In this document: piece by piece, positions 62,701-64,000 of the stretch | How the letters are laid out: each line of letters opens with the position of its first letter | Position numbering within the stretch: the first letter of the stretch is position 1 | Assembly (NCBI RefSeq): GCF_006345805.1 | Contig: NW_021831404.1 | Coordinates: 62,001-126,000 of the forward strand | Origin: Octopus sinensis | Lineage: Eukaryota | Reading direction: 5' to 3' | Length of the DNA stretch: 64,000 bases | Notes under the pieces: model-generated | Seen by the model: only the letters and a program-made list of their open reading frames with translations | What the model was told of the DNA's origin: nothing | Databases searched by the model: none | Position numbers and translations under genes: made by a program

Positions 62701-63661
62701 CAATGCTGGTAATGATCATGCTTGAATGATGCTATTTACGTGCCACTGGCACTGAAGCCAGTTTGCTGTTCTGGCGACAATCACGCTCAGCTGGTGCTCT
62801 TAGCACTCCACTAGCACGAATGCCAGTCATCGAATTTGATTTTGATTTCACTTGCCTCAACAGGTCCTCGCAAGCAGAGTTTAGTGTCCAATGAAGGAAA
62901 AGCACGCATAAGTGGGTTGGTTACACCCCTGGCATAGGCCACGAAGTTATGGTCTCAGTTGGCTTGCCAGGTCTTCTCAAGCACAAGATATTTCCAAAGG
63001 TCTCAATATATAGATGTTTATATTATTAGGTCCAACTTACACAGAGTATAAACGATAACGAGAATTAAAACAGTGGAAGAAAGGTGTTACACACGTATAT
63101 ATACAGGATGCGGCAGAAGTAACGGCCTTTTGTATTTGAGTTTTCTAGTTCCAAATTGAGTTTCTTTTTTTATTTCCGAAAACTTCTGCATGTTTTTTTA
63201 TCAGTTTTTTATTTGTTTCTTTAAGTAATATAATAAATTTGTGTTTAATAAAAATTTACTTAATAAACATTTATATACTATAAAAGTTATTAAATGCAAA
63301 AAGGGTGTTACTTCTGCCGCATCTTGTATATACATGGGGTTTCCACACAGTTTCCATCTACCATGTTAACTTACAAGGTATTGGTTGGACCAGGGCTAGA
63401 GAAAACACTTGCACACTATGGTATTGAACCCAGAACAACAGAGTTACAAAGCGAACATCTTAACCACATGTCCATGTCCACACCTTTCGGGAGGGAAAAG
63501 GGTTAAATAAAATAGAACCTTAGAATGGAAAGAATTCTCACCTTGAATGCTTCGTAGATTGGTAGTGTTGCTGCTGCTGCTACTGTTGTTGCTGTTTTGC
63601 TTTGATTTGTCTTCTAGTTGTCCTCCTTCGCAACCACACAATGGCATGTAGAAAGAACTGG
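2350..63661 (-). CDS. ZZEF1: ZZEF1 orthologue, partial spliced CDS (34 exons, 3426 nt, ~1140 aa; 5' and 3' ends outside window)
   Basis: All 34 exons have AG acceptors with pyrimidine tracts and GT donors, and their phases chain without a stop. The translation is colinear with human ZZEF1 as I recall it, e.g. YVLVKFLEPRSDTSGKLGV ~ YLMVKFLCTRQESAERLGV, GAAVFFPD ~ GAAIFFPD, FDYLQFKD...WEYKFRVTA ~ YDYLEFTD...WGYKFTVTA, LDGCGLELENKIRDAFYKLV ~ LEGCGADLHKEIRDTYYQLV, and it ends in a ZZ finger. Confidence 0.93.
4574..4722 (-). CDS. ZZEF1: ZZEF1 exon 33: NMITKNCQVDYIDETEELEEYKRHMKLLKKIDRQDVMHMYEVKKGAEKK
   Basis: 149 nt, phase 1-0; acceptor tttctttgcag, donor gtaaga. Confidence 0.92.
5222..5312 (-). 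tRNA. tRNA-Lys(UUU) gene or pseudogene with 18-nt canonical intron (5258-5275)
   Basis: Minus strand reads tagctcagtcggtagagca-tcaga-ct-TTT-a-[cagggcaatgtagaagta]-a-tctga-gggtc-gtggg-ttcgagt-ctctc-tgcgggc-a, followed by ttttt. D arm and anticodon arm match tRNA-Lys(TTT). Acceptor and T stems carry mismatches. Confidence 0.75.
6841..6904 (-). CDS. ZZEF1: ZZEF1 exon 32: MNDLVFLTKTDLATFLFNMAK
   Basis: 64 nt, phase 0-1; acceptor tctattttcag, donor gtaagt; resembles PNDLAFFVDIQLPDLLMKMSQ. Confidence 0.92.
7112..7340 (+). mobile_element. SINE family B (ggcggcgagctggcagaa...ttctgagttcaaattccgccgagg)
   Basis: Pol III B-box-like gagttcaaattcc. Other copies: ~3355-3530(-), 3560-3765(-), 6340-6500(+), 6557-6770(+), 18770-18965(-), 21680-21830(-), 28904-29128(+), 45545-45930(-, two), 46928-47165(-), 50722-51278(+, interrupted). 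Confidence 0.82.
8010..8180 (+). mobile_element. 3' fragment of RTE-like LINE
   Basis: Encodes TLSYPDVISRDTGIQQQDLRNAMMDREVWRNIVNS (non-LTR RT C-terminus), followed by a tgatgaaatga tail. Confidence 0.7.
9318..9384 (-). CDS. ZZEF1: ZZEF1 exon 31: VKNQAFNCYQAFLLHILDIHWQ
   Basis: 67 nt, phase 2-0; acceptor tatatttcag, donor gtaagg; resembles QTALLHLLDMGWE. Confidence 0.92.
9440..9810 (-). mobile_element. Penelope-like element fragment with hammerhead-like core
   Basis: Minus strand gacac-CTGATGA-a-ggctg-gagggtatat-cagcc-GAAA-tgttg at 9615-9656; Penelope assignment by recognition. Confidence 0.55.
10658..10836 (-). CDS. ZZEF1: ZZEF1 exon 30: IPIIVFLQELLSHQTTSLHCCQALDGCGLELENKIRDAFYKLVEKLLEAFYVCKKQKLS
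   Basis: 179 nt, phase 0-2; acceptor tcttttctggaag, donor gtgagt. Confidence 0.92.
12534..12645 (-). CDS. ZZEF1: ZZEF1 exon 29: VKKMLKERSEYAQVLGDIYNFICEFITKMSDQGDILQ
   Basis: 112 nt, phase 2-0; acceptor ctcttttgtaattag, donor gtgaga. Confidence 0.9.
14330..14721 (-). mobile_element. Degenerate LINE 3' ORF fragment
   Basis: ORF 14351..14575 includes ICDHVLLSKAGYVNHMKSH, a CxxC/H-like end of a non-LTR ORF2; its truncated 5' end is folded back. Confidence 0.55.
14998..15176. repeat. Near-perfect palindrome, 87-bp arms, 5-nt loop
   Basis: 14998-15084 vs 15090-15176, one mismatch. Confidence 0.95.
15528..16142 (+). mobile_element. Two tandem copies of tRNA-derived SINE family C separated by (TA)n
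   Basis: 15528-15780 and 15888-16142; A box tggcttagtgg, B box ggtttcgattcc. Other copies: ~7742-7995(-), 13128-13441(-), 29817-30140(+), 31281-31478(-), 33815-34085(+), 43549-43830(+), 53085-53412(-). Confidence 0.82.
16338..16411 (-). CDS. ZZEF1: ZZEF1 exon 28: NMSSSDESFKLVMEFIENDKWSIE
   Basis: 74 nt, phase 0-2; acceptor gtttcttacag, donor gtgagt. Confidence 0.9.
16488..16712. mobile_element. pogo/Tigger-like MITE remnant
   Basis: Degenerate ends gtaatccctta...atcgcgg and cccgcaaaagttgagggattaatg; AT-rich interior. Confidence 0.45.
16764..17328 (-). mobile_element. Internally deleted mariner (DD34D) transposon
   Basis: ~30-bp TIRs ttgggttgtccggaaagtttgtgc / gcacaaactttccagacaacccaa flanked by TA; ORF 16879..17070 carries LPHPPYSPDIAPSDFHLFRSLQN. 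Confidence 0.9.
17954..18024 (-). CDS. ZZEF1: ZZEF1 exon 27: QACQEKALFLLKFTGLNKYQLKG
   Basis: 71 nt, phase 1-0; acceptor tttttctctacag, donor gtaagt; resembles KECIEKSLLLLKF. Confidence 0.92.
18242..18314 (-). CDS. ZZEF1: ZZEF1 exon 26: MSERQKIAVEADKAPWSSAGVQNP
   Basis: 73 nt, phase 0-1; acceptor ctttattaaaag, donor gtaaat. Confidence 0.85.
20578..20745 (-). mobile_element. RTE-clade LINE RT C-terminal fragment
   Basis: Manual translation WFGHVMRMIEDSCIQKCLSLKVDGTCGRGRPRKTWDEVARTDLRMLGL (WxGHVxRM...GRPRxTW motif). Confidence 0.85.
21186..21622 (+). mobile_element. tRNA-derived SINE family A, full-length copy
   Basis: A box tggctgtgtgg, B box ggttca.tccc, internal (TA)n(TG)n, 3' gcatggccgcagtcaaatgactgaaacaagtaaaagag. 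Other + copies: ~24028-24426, 29161-29580, 38785-39268, 40817-41248, 42262-42650, 46528-46900, 61498-61863. Confidence 0.85.
22171..22577 (-). mobile_element. tRNA-derived SINE family A, inverted copy
   Basis: Reverse complement of the 21186-21622 element. Other - copies: ~4818-5207, 23051-23592, 32799-33261, 35160-35562, 59424-59855. Confidence 0.85.
22617..22696 (-). CDS. ZZEF1: ZZEF1 exon 25: EKEGVIEISDKIYAAYNLAESKRKKL
   Basis: 80 nt, phase 1-0; acceptor atttctgtttcag, donor gtaagt. Confidence 0.9.
26109..26230 (-). CDS. ZZEF1: ZZEF1 exon 24: CREHCKPQQIGGSEFDQTITAVFSALLWHHQDLREELENF
   Basis: 122 nt, phase 2-1; acceptor ctctcctaaacag, donor gtaagt; resembles AGSTIDQAVNATFAALVY. Confidence 0.92.
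27301..27401 (-). CDS. ZZEF1: ZZEF1 exon 23: STDSNPDVLHLINNMNSTWNLADQPGLGQILLK
   Basis: 101 nt, phase 0-2; acceptor aaacatttccag, donor gtacgt. Confidence 0.88.
27547..27925. mobile_element. Tc1-like MITE
   Basis: TIRs cactaccgtcagaaattaattagcac / gtgctaattaatttctgaccaagtg; TA flanks; no ORF. Confidence 0.75.
27926..28392. repeat. Long inverted repeat, ~228-bp arms, 12-nt loop
   Basis: 27926-28153 vs 28166-28392; mirrored ORFs 28058..28249(+)/28070..28261(-) and 27810..28037(-)/28282..28482(+) translate near-identically. Confidence 0.95.
28495..28628 (-). CDS. ZZEF1: ZZEF1 exon 22: TGKTPIILLFDETSEDLCDSALWTTIFRGGYVTPIIQRSLSGNY
   Basis: 134 nt, phase 1-0; acceptor ttttttttacag, donor gtaaga. 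Confidence 0.9.
29636..29747 (-). CDS. ZZEF1: ZZEF1 exon 21: VTARGSADTILTWPYDMLLLLTKFLGQLCGSTMSANP
   Basis: 112 nt, phase 0-1; acceptor cttttctgtcag, donor gtaaga. Confidence 0.92.
31643..32080 (-). mobile_element. (GAT)n-tailed SINE-like element with internal palindromic tandem array
   Basis: Plus strand reads (cat)n-ttt..tgtctgctttccatgctagcatgggttgga...ggatgcccttcctaa...ggtgcttttacgtgccaccggca array. Other copies: ~4285-4510, 8815-9120, 11060-11478, 30148-30435, 30602-30890, 38181-38495, 62390-62830, 63825-64000 (same orientation); ~40207-40558, 41395-41710, 50775-51112, 61140-61400, 62053-62325 (opposite). Confidence 0.78.
32376..32538 (-). CDS. ZZEF1: ZZEF1 exon 20: FDYLQFKDSAGKSFRFHHKVGLADWPNTFTFDGSSLYFNFKSETGKTDWEYKFR
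   Basis: 163 nt, phase 2-0; acceptor ccctcattacag, donor gtgagt. Confidence 0.93.
34694..34761 (-). CDS. ZZEF1: ZZEF1 exon 19: VFLCPGASKMVVNFDSCCETES
   Basis: 68 nt, phase 0-2; acceptor ttctctttccag, donor gtacac; resembles VFVSPGATYFEVEFDDRCETEK. Confidence 0.92.
36130..36234 (-). CDS. ZZEF1: ZZEF1 exon 18: LSHNFWVNENKDDVILKVWQVESPSCYDSKEQISQ
   Basis: 105 nt, phase 0-0; acceptor aatctcttcag, donor gtaaat. Confidence 0.9.
37159..37287 (-). CDS. ZZEF1: ZZEF1 exon 17: LILLSSTIEVLDPESRCLLLQHFKPILLQLRQLSLELHELFPD
   Basis: 129 nt, phase 0-0; acceptor tgtgtttccag, donor gtaagt. Confidence 0.9.
37492..38169 (+). mobile_element. Tc1/mariner (maT/DD37D-like) deleted transposon remnant
   Basis: ORF 37774..38046 WAPNTPDCNALDYYVWGAVEQE...CRRFQSYLEAVVEANGDF is a transposase C-terminus; degenerate TIRs cagggtgcgatgggtaaattgt / acagtttattcaccacacaatg with TA flanks. 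Confidence 0.82.
38648..38704 (-). CDS. ZZEF1: ZZEF1 exon 16: IEVLPKLDKLFPSLPFRQL
   Basis: 57 nt, phase 0-0; acceptor cctctgaaacag, donor gtgagt. Confidence 0.82.
39894..39961 (-). CDS. ZZEF1: ZZEF1 exon 15: SLSIAQKVEEAFQFLLAKKDDV
   Basis: 68 nt, phase 1-0; acceptor ctttttaccag, donor gtgagt. Confidence 0.87.
41832..42054 (-). CDS. ZZEF1: ZZEF1 exon 14: NFDSQKTLALLENLISVIYRDLC...SLQATVTYWCWQHLNSNDENSKAIAKHIFLR
   Basis: 223 nt, phase 0-1; acceptor tgacctttcag, donor gtaaga; part of ORF 41785..42240. Confidence 0.92.
42725..42841 (-). CDS. ZZEF1: ZZEF1 exon 13: KLIEKPSVQLVFQSLCQFYTTADPMSLLYLPSGNLDKAE
   Basis: 117 nt, phase 0-0; acceptor ttttctattggcag, donor gtaggt. Confidence 0.9.
43010..43176. 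mobile_element. hAT-type MITE (167 bp) with 8-bp TSD
   Basis: TSD cccaccat at 43002-43009 and 43177-43184; TIRs taggggtgtagctaggg / ccttagcaacacccctg (14/17 match). Confidence 0.8.
44292..44362 (-). CDS. ZZEF1: ZZEF1 exon 12: (G)AAVFFPDKESRGSKLLNLMDDVE
   Basis: 71 nt, phase 1-0; acceptor ttccctttttaag, donor gtaggt; resembles GAAIFFPDRQTRRNHLFTMM. Confidence 0.9.
44370..44800. repeat. GA/GT-rich degenerate minisatellite (pyrimidine-rich on minus strand)
   Basis: Recurrent gagtgagtgagagtgtgaggg/aggaagagagggaggg units directly upstream of the exon 12 acceptor. Confidence 0.85.
45996..46098 (-). CDS. ZZEF1: ZZEF1 exon 11: AAIVDMFHYLCQTLDNQCDDTNPMYKMIRQLIYD
   Basis: 103 nt, phase 0-1; acceptor ttttcattttcag, donor gtgatt. 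Confidence 0.87.
47736..47820 (-). CDS. ZZEF1: ZZEF1 exon 10: ENFEKAGALIRLLHCLLPVMTSLNEDQK
   Basis: 85 nt, phase 2-0; acceptor gtttttgtag, donor gttagt. Confidence 0.87.
48266..48360 (-). CDS. ZZEF1: ZZEF1 exon 9: FSTKKVNRLDVLDVDDIPVQDIWNLFRIYIK
   Basis: 95 nt, phase 0-2; acceptor atcttttgcag, donor gtaagt. Confidence 0.9.
48369..48628. repeat. 129-bp direct tandem duplication (2 copies)
   Basis: gataataa(g/a)gtatatatagagaaatatacaag...gtaattatgga starts at 48369 and again at 48498, nearly identical. Confidence 0.92.
50323..50418 (-). CDS. ZZEF1: ZZEF1 exon 8: PQPLFNPMKELVNVDEMQTLILNFLIDLAQVQ
   Basis: 96 nt, phase 0-0; acceptor ttctcatcctcag, donor gtatta. Confidence 0.85.
52616..52729 (-). 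CDS. ZZEF1: ZZEF1 exon 7: YVLVKFLEPRSDTSGKLGVKSIQFSGFHKKITFSRMLP
   Basis: 114 nt, phase 0-0; acceptor tattttaccag, donor gtaagt. Confidence 0.92.
52945..52995. repeat. Long (TA)n microsatellite, representative of dozens of TA/CA/CAT/AAT tracts
   Basis: Direct reading; similar tracts at ~15790-15870, 23355-23410, 38945-39022, 56685-56732 and others. Confidence 0.95.
54603..54645 (-). CDS. ZZEF1: ZZEF1 exon 6: (W)DELEIPVLWYPEGK
   Basis: 43 nt, phase 2-0; acceptor ttttcccacccag, donor gttagt; resembles WDEADVKLQQCRVAK. Confidence 0.85.
55735..55800 (-). CDS. ZZEF1: ZZEF1 exon 5: QEQCLPYSENDPVAAFHFEDT
   Basis: 66 nt, phase 2-2; acceptor ttttctctgtttatag, donor gtatgt; resembles EDDPIGWFELEEEW. 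Confidence 0.88.
56969..57052 (-). CDS. ZZEF1: ZZEF1 exon 4: NDFCQDDHVSKYAAYDEWTQQDIQSHL
   Basis: 84 nt, phase 2-2; acceptor ttttcactttcag, donor gtatgt; resembles DKFCAEEHFKRFEKYDKW. Confidence 0.9.
57404..57459 (-). CDS. ZZEF1: ZZEF1 exon 3: VISGSRGSRQGLVFVYGD
   Basis: 56 nt, phase 0-2; acceptor cattgtcttcag, donor gtatgt; resembles GAQCGLVFAY. Confidence 0.88.
58560..59420 (+). mobile_element. Heavily decayed non-LTR reverse transcriptase remnant
   Basis: RT-like motifs in correct order across shifting frames: LFKK (~58620), NRPISL (58678-58695), NGFHH (58743-58757), AVFLDL (58905-58922); many stops. Confidence 0.45.
59920..60105. repeat. Degenerate (GAT/AAT/GAC)n trinucleotide tract
   Basis: Direct reading; produces the spurious poly-D/N and poly-M ORFs. 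Confidence 0.9.
60133..60215 (-). CDS. ZZEF1: ZZEF1 exon 2: YLTEGRKSVDLFFKAPDFVTLTKLMIK
   Basis: 83 nt, phase 1-0; acceptor tctccctatag, donor gtgagt. Confidence 0.88.
63104..63326. mobile_element. Tc1/mariner-type MITE
   Basis: TIRs caggatgcggcagaagtaac / gttacttctgccgcatcttg; TA flanks; AT-rich interior. Confidence 0.8.
63542..63661 (-). CDS. ZZEF1: ZZEF1 exon 1 in window: SSFYMPLCGCEGGQLEDKSKQNSNNSSSSSNTTNLRSIQ
   Basis: 120 nt, phase 1-1; acceptor ttttgtatattccag, donor gtgaga; an alternative AG 4 nt downstream (63657) is possible. Confidence 0.75.
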
Positions 63662-64000
63662 CTGGAATATACAAAACAGGAATCAAAAAACATAGTAAAA
63701 GAGTTAGGTGATTGATGAGCTAATGATAACACCCCTGTGCATAGTCATTCAATTTGTTAAAATAGCAGCCAAATCTCACTCAAATTACACTCTATTTTAA
63801 CTTCTCAGCATCTAGCATAAACCCATCATCGTCCTCGTCGTTTAACGTCCGTTTTTCCATGCTGGCATGGGTTGGACGGTTTGATTGGGGACTGGCAAGC
63901 CAGGAGGCCACACAAGGCTCCAGTCTGAATCTGGCAATGTTTCTACAGCTGGATGCCCTTCCTAACGCCAACCACATTCTGATGGTGCTTTTTACATGCC

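Overview
AT-rich, microsatellite- and SINE-dense eukaryotic genomic DNA. The repeat families look like those of an Octopus-type coleoid cephalopod (my recognition, not a database result). The whole window lies inside one large minus-strand gene, a ZZEF1 orthologue (ZZ-type zinc finger and EF-hand domain protein 1). By hand I traced 34 GT-AG exons from 63661 down to 2350. They join in phase into one stop-free frame of 3426 nt (~1140 aa), from just after the APC10/DOC region to the first ZZ finger (CNSCQKIVHSHYKCLQCSALDFCASC). Start and stop codons lie outside the window. The introns hold three tRNA-derived SINE families, a (GAT)n-tailed element with an internal palindromic tandem array, RTE/LINE fragments, mariner/Tc1 remnants, MITEs and Penelope-like fragments. 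Worth a second look: (1) an intron-containing tRNA-Lys(UUU) gene or pseudogene, sense within an intron; (2) four hammerhead-ribozyme-like cores, all on the ZZEF1 pre-mRNA strand; (3) six long intronic hairpins (58-228 bp arms) that are candidate ADAR substrates, several close to exons; (4) three local short-range copying events, two of them templated insertions into SINE-like repeats; (5) one exon bracketed by two inverted SINE pairs. No CRISPR, rRNA or prokaryotic features. Repeat boundaries are approximate; exon boundaries were counted base by base.
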